A DNA stretch of 64,000 nt from a virus (taxonomy: Duplodnaviria; Caudoviricetes). The notes under the pieces were generated by a model, which did not search any database, was not told the DNA's origin, and saw nothing but the letters and a program-made list of their open reading frames with translations. The DNA is taken from positions 1-64,000 of the IMG/VR virus record IMGVR_UViG_3300044656_000027; one strand, 5' to 3'. This document shows positions 55,306 to 64,000 of this stretch, piece after piece. Positions within the stretch are counted from its first letter, which is position 1, and every line of letters begins with the position of its first letter. Position numbers and translations under genes: made by a program.

Positions 55306-57198
55306 TTATACAGTAAACCACTTAGTAGTATTGCCCCCGCCAGGAACAACCTTTACGTGCTGGTATTGGGTGGTTAGGGAAACAGTTGCAGCACCATCAA
55401 TAGTATCTCCTGCGTGTGCCGCAACGGTTACTGCGTTAGCGGTACTGTCGATCTTCTTAACTGTATACGTATTAGGAGTCCACGCTGCTGGAATCAATGT
55501 AATGGTTACAGGTCCAGCAGTAGCATCAACTAGGATCGTGTCATCTACTACGCTAACCGTGTAGTTAGCAGTCTTCGTAACGATCGGATAAGCACTCTGA
55601 CCATTGATGATCTTCAAACCTGTAGGGGAAGTTGTCACGTTGGCCACGGTGTACAGACCGGTCAGCTTGATAGTTCCCAAACAAGACTGCAAAGCTGCGC
55701 CACTTTGTCTGTCTACGAATGTAGGTGCACCAGCTTCAGTGTCTAGTTGAACAATGTCAATGAACGGACCAATACCAGCGGAACCCGCACCGAAAACATT
55801 CATGACATTAGTGCAAGCCTCAATGGAAAGCTGGGCTGCATAGAAAGCGTGTGTGGCACCAACTCCACCAAAGTAAGCCCCCGTTGGACAGTAACCAGAC
55901 CAGCAGTAAAGGATACGTGCTGAATCAATAACTGTGTGTTCAGTAGCCAGGAATCCGAAGGTGTACCCACCGTGACAGGTCAGGTTGCGAACCTCACACA
56001 GGTCATTGTTTCCATTGGCAGGCATAAGCCAACCGATAACCACACCGTTAGCCAGTAGTCCACCGACATTAAGCTCGTTGGATGGAACAGTCCCCGTGGT
56101 TCCATATCCGAAATCAATTAGAGTGCAGTTGGACATTCCACTCATGTCTCCCGCGCTGTATCCGATTCCATAAGCCGTGTACGCAGTAAGGATAGACATG
56201 TTGGTGAAGGTCACACCCATGTTGCTGAATACACCAGGGCTGACCCCATATCCACCTGGCTGAGACGGACCACCAATAACACACGCATTTCCGTTGTTAT
56301 TGATAGCAGTATTCTGTGCAGCAACGCTGGCAAAGGAACCGAAGGATACCCAGGTAGATCCAGAGAACTGTGGAATAGTCTGCTGCCAGTGCTCAAGCAG
56401 TGCACCGTTTCCAATTCCACGGAATGTGATGTTGGACTTGTTTCCAGTGGTTACAACAGGTGGCAAGTAAAGCTGAGCGTTCCCATTGTGGGAGGTGTTA
56501 AGCGGGCCAGCGATTACATAGAACAGCTTAGAGGGTGCAGGAGTGAATACCTCAGCGGCACCGTGCGATGCTGCGTAGCTCACAGCATTATTAATCGCCG
56601 TCTGAATAGCTAAAGTGTCGTCTGTTCCCCAGAAGAAGTTAACATTGGAAACTGTGGTAGACGCAGTAGCGCTAACGACAATTTGATTTGCGCTGTTAAC
56701 CGTAGTAATAGTTCCGGTCAAAACATACTGTGCTGTTGTGCCTGCCTTGTGGAGCATGAAGCTCTTGCCTTGGTCCGCAACAGTGAATGAACCTCCAGTG
56801 AAATTAATGACATTCTGTCCGGAGGTCATAGAGGCGGTACCAATGATCTGTCCATCACCGACAGCACCATAGGACTGAACGTTAAACTGATCTGTGCGCG
56901 CTGGGGCAAACGCACTAGCGGAAGCTGTTGCAGCGGTTCCTAGACCTAGGTTCGTACGTGCGGTGGATACATTGGTCAAGTCACTCAAGTTATTGGCTGC
57001 AACAAGGCTTCCAGGCGTTCCTGTGGTCCATGCGGCGGTAGCTGTACCTGTGGCAGCGAGAACTTGTCCAACCGCTGGTGCATTTGTGACAGAGACACCG
57101 TTGATTTGCCCTGTTTGAGCGTCTAGGTACAGCAAAGCATTATTCAGGGTCACATCCCAGCCGGGCTGCCCTGCTGTTGGTAATACAAATCCTGTCAT
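55306..57198 (-). CDS. Second beta-helix spike/depolymerase-like virion protein
   Basis: FNVQSYGAVGDG...GTDDTLAIQTAI; C-terminal TKTANYT....DD.ILVDAT.G..TITL module. Confidence 0.8.
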   Translation of the reverse strand: MTGFVLPTAGQPGWDVTLNNALLYLDAQTGQINGVSVTNAPAVGQVLAATGTATAAWTTGTPGSLVAANNLSDLTNVSTARTNLGLGTAATASASAFAPARTDQFNVQSYGAVGDGQIIGTASMTSGQNVINFTGGSFTVADQGKSFMLHKAGTTAQYVLTGTITTVNSANQIVVSATASTTVSNVNFFWGTDDTLAIQTAINNAVSYAASHGAAEVFTPAPSKLFYVIAGPLNTSHNGNAQLYLPPVVTTGNKSNITFRGIGNGALLEHWQQTIPQFSGSTWVSFGSFASVAAQNTAINNNGNACVIGGPSQPGGYGVSPGVFSNMGVTFTNMSILTAYTAYGIGYSAGDMSGMSNCTLIDFGYGTTGTVPSNELNVGGLLANGVVIGWLMPANGNNDLCEVRNLTCHGGYTFGFLATEHTVIDSARILYCWSGYCPTGAYFGGVGATHAFYAAQLSIEACTNVMNVFGAGSAGIGPFIDIVQLDTEAGAPTFVDRQSGAALQSCLGTIKLTGLYTVANVTTSPTGLKIINGQSAYPIVTKTANYTVSVVDDTILVDATAGPVTITLIPAAWTPNTYTVKKIDSTANAVTVAAHAGDTIDGAATVSLTTQYQHVKVVPGGGNTTKWFTV

Positions 57199-57207
57199 TT
57201 AAATTCC

Positions 57208-57984
57208 TTATGAGGTAGGTTGGTAGCCACCATAGCCACCCGCACCATATAGCCCAGAGCCATACGTACCGATTGGATATTGTAGATAGGCTCCATTCAA
57301 TCGGGGAGTTACCTGAGCCAACTGCTTAGCAAAATTAGCCGCAGGGGCAGGAGTCTTGTAAGTCAGTGGATAAACGTTCTGGCCTACATTAACTGGATCG
57401 TACTTGGCTACGTTTAGGTTCCACTGCTGCTCAAAGTTATCACCAGACTGAGATACATGAGGGATAGCGTACTGAGCGAATTGAACATCATTGACCATTT
57501 CACTAGGCTTTACCTGTGTAGCGTCAACAGCAACAATGATATCTCGCTGCTGGATCTGACCAAGGATCTGGAAGCTCGTTACTCTGAATACTTTACCATC
57601 ATAAACGAATCTATCCTTTAGGTAATTCTGAGTATTGATATCCATATTATTCAGACCAAGGCGCTTTAGCTGGTCGAAAGACATAGTGACATGGGCTCTG
57701 TCGTTGGAATAGAAACCATACTCAGTATTGTCGTTGTCACCCTCAACGTGGATGACATGGAGAGCGGGAATTAATCCCTGCTCAAAGTAAATACGCCCAA
57801 GGGGGGAGTCAGCTTCTCCATAGACGGGATCTACAGAGGACTGATCATAAGCGAATCTGTAGTAGTAGATTTGGTCGCCTGTCCATCTCTGCCAATCACG
57901 AAGACCCCCATAGATAGAGCCTGTCTCGAAATCGACAGAGAAGCGACCACCTTTCCAACCAGCACGGTCAATCAAGGGAATCAC
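57208..57984 (-). CDS. Head-closure/neck protein
   Basis: Position; DPVYGE and LKDRFVYDGKVFRV; start approximate (GTG 57984 or TTG 57975). Confidence 0.65.
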   Translation of the reverse strand: MIPLIDRAGWKGGRFSVDFETGSIYGGLRDWQRWTGDQIYYYRFAYDQSSVDPVYGEADSPLGRIYFEQGLIPALHVIHVEGDNDNTEYGFYSNDRAHVTMSFDQLKRLGLNNMDINTQNYLKDRFVYDGKVFRVTSFQILGQIQQRDIIVAVDATQVKPSEMVNDVQFAQYAIPHVSQSGDNFEQQWNLNVAKYDPVNVGQNVYPLTYKTPAPAANFAKQLAQVTPRLNGAYLQYPIGTYGSGLYGAGGYGGYQPTS

Positions 57985-58024
57985 CACACTCTTTCTATGA
58001 GGGTCTTCAAGTAGGATGGGGAGG

Positions 58025-58849
58025 TTATAGACCCCACATCCCTCCATAAATCGGGCTTTGTATATTTGATTCGTCTTCGTCTCTTGTAGAGATCGGAGGC
58101 AACTGACGGCGTGGTAGCTCGTAGTCGTCGTACTCTCTGTCTTCGAAGATCGGTACCAGACGGTTTGTGGTCTTGGATACGCGACGAATCTTAGATACTT
58201 CGATTGCGTCAAGTCCTACATTCAGCATTGCACAGAGATGGTTGTATCTCTCGGTCATTCCGTCAATCTGCTCACGGAGCTGCTGATAACGCTGGCTACG
58301 GGGCACTGTAGTCCCGTCAGCGGAGGAGATGTCAATATCTGTGGAAGCGTCCGTTGCAAGCGCCCAGAGGGCATCTATGGACGCTCTGATGGCCACTAGG
58401 GACTCTTCTATCGGAGGAAGGTTTGATAGATCCATAGGGACACGTACGTACTTGATAAATCCGTTATTGTCCTTGAATCTCGTCTCCACGTAACGCCCGT
58501 TGGTGTGCTGGAGAACTGCTCCATTGATGAACTGCGTTAGCTCATCATCAGAGAACATTCCACCTGCTTGCCCAGAAACTACTAAGGTGTCTCCCTGAGG
58601 CAAGGGTGAGGATGGTCCTTGTAGATAGACTCTTCCCTCTTGGGTGTTCAATGTGTAGTCCGTATTAAGGACCAGCACGATTGGAGACTGGTTGTGAATC
58701 CATGTGATAGTGACATTCCATACATTGAAATCAGTCAAGTCATACGTGGAGACCATTCCCGTACCCAAGAAAGTGTTTGAGAACGGGGCTCCAGTATCAC
58801 CTAACTCCATGCGGACTCTGTTAATGATGTCCTGAGTAGTGAAACCCAT
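58025..58849 (-). CDS. Head-tail adaptor
   Basis: I.RVR.ELGD, FSDDEL..FI and DG..VPRSQRY.QL. Confidence 0.75.
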   Translation of the reverse strand: MGFTTQDIINRVRMELGDTGAPFSNTFLGTGMVSTYDLTDFNVWNVTITWIHNQSPIVLVLNTDYTLNTQEGRVYLQGPSSPLPQGDTLVVSGQAGGMFSDDELTQFINGAVLQHTNGRYVETRFKDNNGFIKYVRVPMDLSNLPPIEESLVAIRASIDALWALATDASTDIDISSADGTTVPRSQRYQQLREQIDGMTERYNHLCAMLNVGLDAIEVSKIRRVSKTTNRLVPIFEDREYDDYELPRRQLPPISTRDEDESNIQSPIYGGMWGL

Positions 58850-58857
58850 GGCACCCC

Positions 58858-59310
58858 TTACTGTAGCGTGAAGGTCAGGTTACCAATTGGAATAGTGATT
58901 GACTGATTCTGTGGAGCCAGAATTGGGGTGTCCCACTGCCAAGTAAGGATAACCTCACCAGTAGTACCAGATGCAGCGTTTACCAGCGCACCAAATGTAG
59001 TGGCTGTACCCGAACCATTGGCAGAGGTGAAGACACCAAAGCTGACAAGGTTGGCGTTCTGAATCTGTGAGACTCCACCAGTAGGAGTAGTAGCAGACGT
59101 AAAGGTAACCACCTGACGGGAGTACCCAGTTGCTACTAACTCAGTAAGCTCAGAGAGCTGAGGATTAGTAGGGATCGCAGCAGTAGTTGTTGGGTCAGCA
59201 GTCAAAAGCATGATGTATGCAGTTGATGGAGGAGTCCAACCACCAAGAGAGGTACCTGTAATCCAGTTGAGAATAGCGCGATCCGTCGCGTCGGTGCAAT
59301 TACCTGCCAT
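58858..59310 (-). CDS. Virion structural protein
   Basis: Y..L.TADP....EL...GYSRQ.V.F pattern of small actinophage virion proteins. Confidence 0.7.
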   Translation of the reverse strand: MAGNCTDATDRAILNWITGTSLGGWTPPSTAYIMLLTADPTTTAAIPTNPQLSELTELVATGYSRQVVTFTSATTPTGGVSQIQNANLVSFGVFTSANGSGTATTFGALVNAASGTTGEVILTWQWDTPILAPQNQSITIPIGNLTFTLQ

Positions 59311-59321
59311 TAGTTAGTTCC

Positions 59322-59702
59322 TTATCTAACGTATCCACCAGTCCATAGCAATCCCTTTGACTCAAGGTGCTTCGCCAATTCTACAGGAACAACGTACTTA
59401 CGTCCCTCTTCGAAATTGTAATGCTTACCTGCGCCGAAAGTCATGGACTCTAGAGTGGTGTTTGGAATGATGGTACGAGTAGGAGCCTCAAGCTCAATGT
59501 CCTTAAGGACAGTTAGGTCATCCTCTACTGGCTGAACGATAGGACCGTTTGAGTAATCAACTGGAGTAGCCGCTTCTTCATCGCGGACCTCCTGCATCAT
59601 GGAGATTTCCTTGGCGCGCTCCTTTAGCGCTTCCTGGTTCTCCTTCTGTAGACGCTCAGTCTCAATACCGGTCAAGTCTCCTGCACGCTTACGTGGTGGC
59701 AT
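59322..59702 (-). CDS. Hypothetical head-associated protein
   Basis: Follows the capsid gene; Y.F.EG.KY.VP..LA.HL..KG. Confidence 0.7.
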   Translation of the reverse strand: MPPRKRAGDLTGIETERLQKENQEALKERAKEISMMQEVRDEEAATPVDYSNGPIVQPVEDDLTVLKDIELEAPTRTIIPNTTLESMTFGAGKHYNFEEGRKYVVPVELAKHLESKGLLWTGGYVR

Positions 59703-59736
59703 TCTGTTCTCCTAATAAGTCACGATTGTTAGTTAG

Positions 59737-59785
59737 ATTATATCAAGAAGAAAAGCCCCGCCCGAATATAGAAGGCAGGGCTTTT
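59737..59785 (-). terminator. Terminator after the capsid gene followed by an extended -10 box
   Basis: AAAAGCCCTGCC-loop-GGCGGGGCTTTT-CTTCT-TGA-TATAAT. Confidence 0.8.
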
Positions 59786-59796
59786 CTAAACAAGAA

Positions 59797-60834
59797 TTAG
59801 TTGGTGGATGCGATAACCACAGAGATGTCTGTGATCAAACCAAGTCCCCAGATAGCGTACCACGCCAAGGCGTGCTCTCTTCCGAAATCTAGGATACCAC
59901 CATCACGCAATTCTACTGGAAGAGAAATAGCGTGACCGAATGCATTATCTCCAATAAAGATGGAGTCATAACGGTTAGCGGAACCATTACCAGTGGTTAC
60001 TCCACCAGTTGTAGTATCAGCGGTCCAACCAGTTCCGGCACCACCGACTACATTTCTAACCTGAGTAGTTTCGATAAATACTACGTCATTCAATCTACCA
60101 ATTTCACCAAGCATGAAATTCCCTGGGGCCGCATACTTAGTCATTTCGATAAATTGAGGATCGTTTCTCAACCAACGGCTCTGGTGAGGGTGTACGAAAC
60201 ATACATATGTCTCGCCCAAACGTGGAACATTCTTCGTAGCCAAAGTTTCTACGGCATCGAATACAACCTGAGAAGTCAAGTTGAAGTCACCAGTCATAGA
60301 AGCGTTAGAAGTACCAGGAGTACCGATGTTGTAGTAAACCTGGTTGTTAAGTGCGCCAGTGTCCTTCTGGTATCCGAAGATTTGTGAAGAAGCCTGTAGA
60401 AGAGTGTTACGTGCACTAACGTCTAGGTAGGTGGCCATGTTACGCCCTAGAAGACGAGAAGCAGAAGCCATAACGTCATCGAAGGAAGCGTTAAGCAATA
60501 GCTCAGAAACAGCAACAGCGAATCCCTGCTCAGCCACGGTGATGGAGAACTGAGAAGCTGTCAATGGAGCAGTCTGCATACGAATACCTTCAACAAGCTG
60601 GCTAGCCTGTCCTAGGTTATTGTAACGCATAAAGTTAATTGTGAGACCAGGAGTTACCCCGAGCTCAGTCTTCTTTACGGCAAATTGCTCGAATCTTAGA
60701 ATCGGCATTGCCTGGAAGAGGATTTCCTTTGACCATATGGTCTGAATTGCTGGGGATAGCGCGGTGCTACCACCAGGGTAGGAAGTAGGGGCACCAGAGA
60801 TATTCGGAGTACCCGTGATGGCTGATCCTGCCAT
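59797..60834 (-). CDS. Major capsid protein (N4-gp56-like)
   Basis: P.LRFEQFA, L.EG, YVCFVHPHQ...LR.DP, GEIGR...V.FIET and DFGR...LAWY. Confidence 0.93.
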   Translation of the reverse strand: MAGSAITGTPNISGAPTSYPGGSTALSPAIQTIWSKEILFQAMPILRFEQFAVKKTELGVTPGLTINFMRYNNLGQASQLVEGIRMQTAPLTASQFSITVAEQGFAVAVSELLLNASFDDVMASASRLLGRNMATYLDVSARNTLLQASSQIFGYQKDTGALNNQVYYNIGTPGTSNASMTGDFNLTSQVVFDAVETLATKNVPRLGETYVCFVHPHQSRWLRNDPQFIEMTKYAAPGNFMLGEIGRLNDVVFIETTQVRNVVGGAGTGWTADTTTGGVTTGNGSANRYDSIFIGDNAFGHAISLPVELRDGGILDFGREHALAWYAIWGLGLITDISVVIASTN

Positions 60835-60892
60835 ATTTAGTCCTTATCATTTGTATGGGCTAGGCACCAGCCGCCCAGAGATGTTCTTAAAC

Positions 60893-61708
60893 TTAGCCTA
60901 GGATGCCACGGTCACTAGCTGCTGTACGGGCAGCCATTCCCGACTCCTGGCGGAACTTCGCATACTCACTCATGGACATGTTTGCAATGTCCTGTGGGGA
61001 GAGCTGCTTCTGTCCCATAGCCCCGTCCATTGGACCAAGGGCGGTATATCCCGTAGCTGATACTCCACGCATCTGGGACATCTGTTGTTGTCTAGCCGCA
61101 GCCACTTCATCGGCAATGGACTGAGTAGCAATCTTTGCCTGTGCTATAGCGTTATCGATCTGTTCCTTAGTTTCACCTGTGATGAAGTTATGGAACTGCG
61201 GTGCGATCTCGTTAGAGTTAGCCGATAGTGCCTGGCTTCTGTACTCTACAAGTTCATTATATGCTCTTTCCTTGGCAAGTAGTGCACGCTCATTCTCGCG
61301 CTCCATCTGGAGCTGATTAAAGCGGGATTCCCAAGTCTCGTTGGTCTCCTTAAGCTTGGCCTCTAGGAGAGCCTTTGCAGACATCTCTTCTTCCTTTTTG
61401 GCCTTCTTAGCGGATTCCTTTTCCTGACGTTCACGCTCTAAGACGCTGAGCTCTTCCTGGCGCTGCTTCTGTAGATCCTGCAATAGCTTCTGAGAGCTAC
61501 TGAACTGCTCCTTTAGGGAAGTGATCTCACTGTATAGCTTATCCTTCTCCTGCTTGCGTGCTGCGGCGATATCTGCCTCAGTGAATGTACGCTCTCCCGT
61601 AGCTCCATGCTGGAATGCTACTGGGGAAGGAGCTGGACTCTGTGCGCCGTTGTCTGGGGTTGGAGACCCAATTGCCGCGTCCAAACCCGGTTGTACTGGA
61701 GTGCCCAT
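60893..61708 (-). CDS. Capsid scaffolding protein
   Basis: Coiled coil; ARKQEKDKLY; C-terminal I..MSM.EYAK.R; lies between portal and capsid. Confidence 0.85.
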   Translation of the reverse strand: MGTPVQPGLDAAIGSPTPDNGAQSPAPSPVAFQHGATGERTFTEADIAAARKQEKDKLYSEITSLKEQFSSSQKLLQDLQKQRQEELSVLERERQEKESAKKAKKEEEMSAKALLEAKLKETNETWESRFNQLQMERENERALLAKERAYNELVEYRSQALSANSNEIAPQFHNFITGETKEQIDNAIAQAKIATQSIADEVAAARQQQMSQMRGVSATGYTALGPMDGAMGQKQLSPQDIANMSMSEYAKFRQESGMAARTAASDRGILG

Positions 61709-61775
61709 TATATTATCTCCTGAATTCTCACTGTAAGTTTTCCGAATATATCCCGAATGAATTAACTTCTAAGTC

Positions 61776-63497
61776 TTACTTATTATCGTCTGTAGGAAGC
61801 TGACGTGAACCTAGCTTCGTACCGTAAGCGTCGTTTACCATTGCTCTAAGAGCTTCCATGGAACCCGCACCATCCATAGCCTGTAGGTTAGGGCTGTTGT
61901 CGATGGTTCCTGGTCCTCCGCCTGTTGGCTTCGGATTACCCTCAGAATCTAGCTGAGGTTGTGCGTTCGGGTTAGGCTCTGATCCGTCAGGACCAGGCAT
62001 AAGCCCAGTGGTCTCAACCACAATGGAATCAATCTGTGCTCTCAGCATACGTAGAGCACCGTCACGAATTGCATCCTCGTGTAGTTCGTCGTAAATTTCC
62101 TGTAGCTTGTCGTCTGGGAATTGCTCTCCCAGGTCCTTAAGCGCACCGCGACGTGATTCCAGATCCAGATTCATCATTGCCATAATCTCATTCAGCTTGA
62201 CAAGTCTGTCTACTGGCAGTGGAGATGGCCATGTGATATCTGAGAAATAAACTAGAGGGTCATTAGGATCTAATACTGGAGGCTGACCCTCTTGCATAAT
62301 TCCTTCTGTATCAGGATTATACACTAATGCTTCCGGCTCGAAGATAAATAGAGTTCTTAAAGCTAACTCATTAATCTTCTGTAGTCCCTTACCATATTGT
62401 ATCTTCTTTAATTCGAACTTTTGGATAAGGGGGAAGAATTGAATTGCTAGAGCTACACCTGATGTATTTGAAATAGGCTGGCTCTGTCCAAGTGCAGACT
62501 CAGGTACTCCAGTCATCTCGTGCATAGCACGCTTGATGGTGTTCAGTACCTCTAGTGGCCACTGTAGGTCTACACCGTTCTCAAGGTTCTGTACAGATAC
62601 TTCCTTGTTTCCGATGGACCATACTCGGTTGGTACCCTTCTCAAGCTGAGATGGCTTGGCACCGATAACCACAGTAATGGGAGCTGCGTGGTAATTAACA
62701 ATGTCAGCAATGTCCGTAGCAGTTTCATTGTACTGACGATTAAGCGTAATCAAGTCCTGCACATCGGACATTCCCCAAGGAGATCCGGAAGCAGGGTGAT
62801 TAGCAATGTGAACGATAGGAATAACGCCAAGTACGTTTGGACGCTCGTCAATAAGCTCGTCATTTACATACTCGCGAATAACATCAGAACGAATCAACTC
62901 AGTGTATGTGTAAACACTTCTGGTTCCCTCTGTGTTGGTTCCCCAAAAGCGATACTTTAGTTTGAACTCTAGCAAACGGTCACGGTCGTGTGGGTGCCAA
63001 GTGGGGAAGCAGAATGCAGAGTTAAGCGGGAGGATACGTACTCTACCCTCATGCATATTTCCTGCGTTGTCTTCCCAAGCTGGTTCGTAGGCCACCTTGA
63101 TAAACGTATCTCCAGAGACACCACCTTGCTGACCCATCTCCCAGATTACGGACTTCATATTGTTATCCTGCTGCCAAATGCGCTTTAGCAGTGCAGGAAC
63201 AATGTGGTCGTATTCCTTAACGGTGTCGAATGTGATGCCTCTGGAGAAACAGAAGTTATTGATATAGTCAGCAAAAGCCTTGATGTAATTGAAGACAAGT
63301 TGTGGATCACCAAATTCACGACGGGTTCCCCAGTGATGTCCAAGATACCAAGCCCAGTATTCTGCATAGCGATTGAGTCTTGGTCCGTGCATTTCAAATT
63401 CTTCATCGGAAAGCTCAACTAGACCTAGTGGCGAAATTGCAATCGCTAGGTCTGAGGCTGCTGCTCTCATTGATGGAGAGTAGAAAGATGTTGACAT
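61776..63497 (-). CDS. Portal protein
   Basis: Y..YW.WY.G.HW, GD.FIKV, G.IPIVHI.N, WG.SD and SNTSGVAL. Confidence 0.92.
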   Translation of the reverse strand: MSTSFYSPSMRAAASDLAIAISPLGLVELSDEEFEMHGPRLNRYAEYWAWYLGHHWGTRREFGDPQLVFNYIKAFADYINNFCFSRGITFDTVKEYDHIVPALLKRIWQQDNNMKSVIWEMGQQGGVSGDTFIKVAYEPAWEDNAGNMHEGRVRILPLNSAFCFPTWHPHDRDRLLEFKLKYRFWGTNTEGTRSVYTYTELIRSDVIREYVNDELIDERPNVLGVIPIVHIANHPASGSPWGMSDVQDLITLNRQYNETATDIADIVNYHAAPITVVIGAKPSQLEKGTNRVWSIGNKEVSVQNLENGVDLQWPLEVLNTIKRAMHEMTGVPESALGQSQPISNTSGVALAIQFFPLIQKFELKKIQYGKGLQKINELALRTLFIFEPEALVYNPDTEGIMQEGQPPVLDPNDPLVYFSDITWPSPLPVDRLVKLNEIMAMMNLDLESRRGALKDLGEQFPDDKLQEIYDELHEDAIRDGALRMLRAQIDSIVVETTGLMPGPDGSEPNPNAQPQLDSEGNPKPTGGGPGTIDNSPNLQAMDGAGSMEALRAMVNDAYGTKLGSRQLPTDDNK

Positions 63498-63611
63498 GGA
63501 ATCCCATTCTACGAATTAGTGTCTCTTGGTGTAAATCTTATCACATATTAGTATTCGGCCCAGAGTATCTGTAGGTTCCAAACCTGATTAGTATTTCCTG
63601 CTGCTGTGCTA

Positions 63612-63911
63612 TTAGACACCTACCTGCACAGTGAAGTTAGCTGCTGCTGCGGAAATAAGTCTTACATCAGTGCTGGAGGTAATTCCAGATCCAACCTGTG
63701 GACTGACCTTAGGATTGTTAACAGAGAGAGCGCTGTTAGCTGCAATGAAGAAACAGTCATCTCCTGCAATAGTTGGATCAATTCCATCAAAGCGAGCCCA
63801 CATATCTCCTGTGGATCTGTTCTCTACTTCAATGCCACGGAACCAACCGAAGGTGAGGCGCGATACTGTGTTTGCCACAGTCGTACCGCTAGTGATGTGT
63901 ACACCAGCCAT
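63612..63911 (-). CDS. Small beta-rich virion-type protein
   Basis: 99 aa; TAAGGAG RBS. Confidence 0.65.
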   Translation of the reverse strand: MAGVHITSGTTVANTVSRLTFGWFRGIEVENRSTGDMWARFDGIDPTIAGDDCFFIAANSALSVNNPKVSPQVGSGITSSTDVRLISAAAANFTVQVGV

Positions 63912-63920
63912 AGTTACTCC

Positions 63921-64000
63921 TTAGGAAGCATATACAGTGAAAGGAATGGCTGTATCAGATACAAGCAATACGCTAGTACCGTTTACGCTTCGGGTAATTG
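63921..64000 (-). CDS. 3' end of a gene running off the window, probable paralog of 63612..63911
   Basis: ...NGTSVLLVSDTAIPFTVYAS resembles SSTDVRLISAAAANFTVQVGV. Confidence 0.5.
   Translation of the reverse strand, partial: ITRSVNGTSVLLVSDTAIPFTVYAS

Noticed and set aside
59761-63557. TATTCGG/CCGAATA word at about 59762, 61742 and 63552 as a late promoter motif
   Set aside because: Only three short hits, with inconsistent orientation and spacing; cannot be told from chance without motif statistics.

Overview
A 64 kb slice of a large contractile-tailed (myovirus-type) phage of Actinobacteria. WhiB, Rpf, ThyX, a class II RNR and the gene order point to a Streptomyces-like or other filamentous actinomycete host; the host is inferred. 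Every credible gene is on the minus strand. In transcription order (right to left): portal, scaffold, N4-gp56-type major capsid, neck proteins, two beta-helix spikes, sheath, tube, chaperones, tape measure, baseplate and fibres (about 64000-34886); an AT-rich palindromic junction (about 34780-34885); a replication/recombination/nucleotide block with many small accessory ORFs (DnaC-like loader, PNK/phosphatase, DnaB, primase, HNH, SNF2 helicase, SSB, PolA, NrdJ, RecA, RNA ligase, Hjc-like nuclease, WhiB, Cas4-like nuclease, ThyX, EndoVII, SLOG, RuvC); then an operon starting with spoVS, and a separately promoted operon for a secreted NlpC/P60 and a secreted Rpf-LysM. The most unusual signals are: (1) a three-copy covarying intergenic RNA hairpin with an invariant GCUU-UA/UA-UGGA core that joins a stop codon to the next RBS; (2) the secreted Rpf + NlpC/P60 pair, a candidate host wake-up module; (3) a [K/R/S]GWG N-terminal peptide shared by four unrelated replication/recombination proteins. 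No tRNA, rRNA, CRISPR array or integrase was seen. All calls come from reading motifs by eye; no database search was run.
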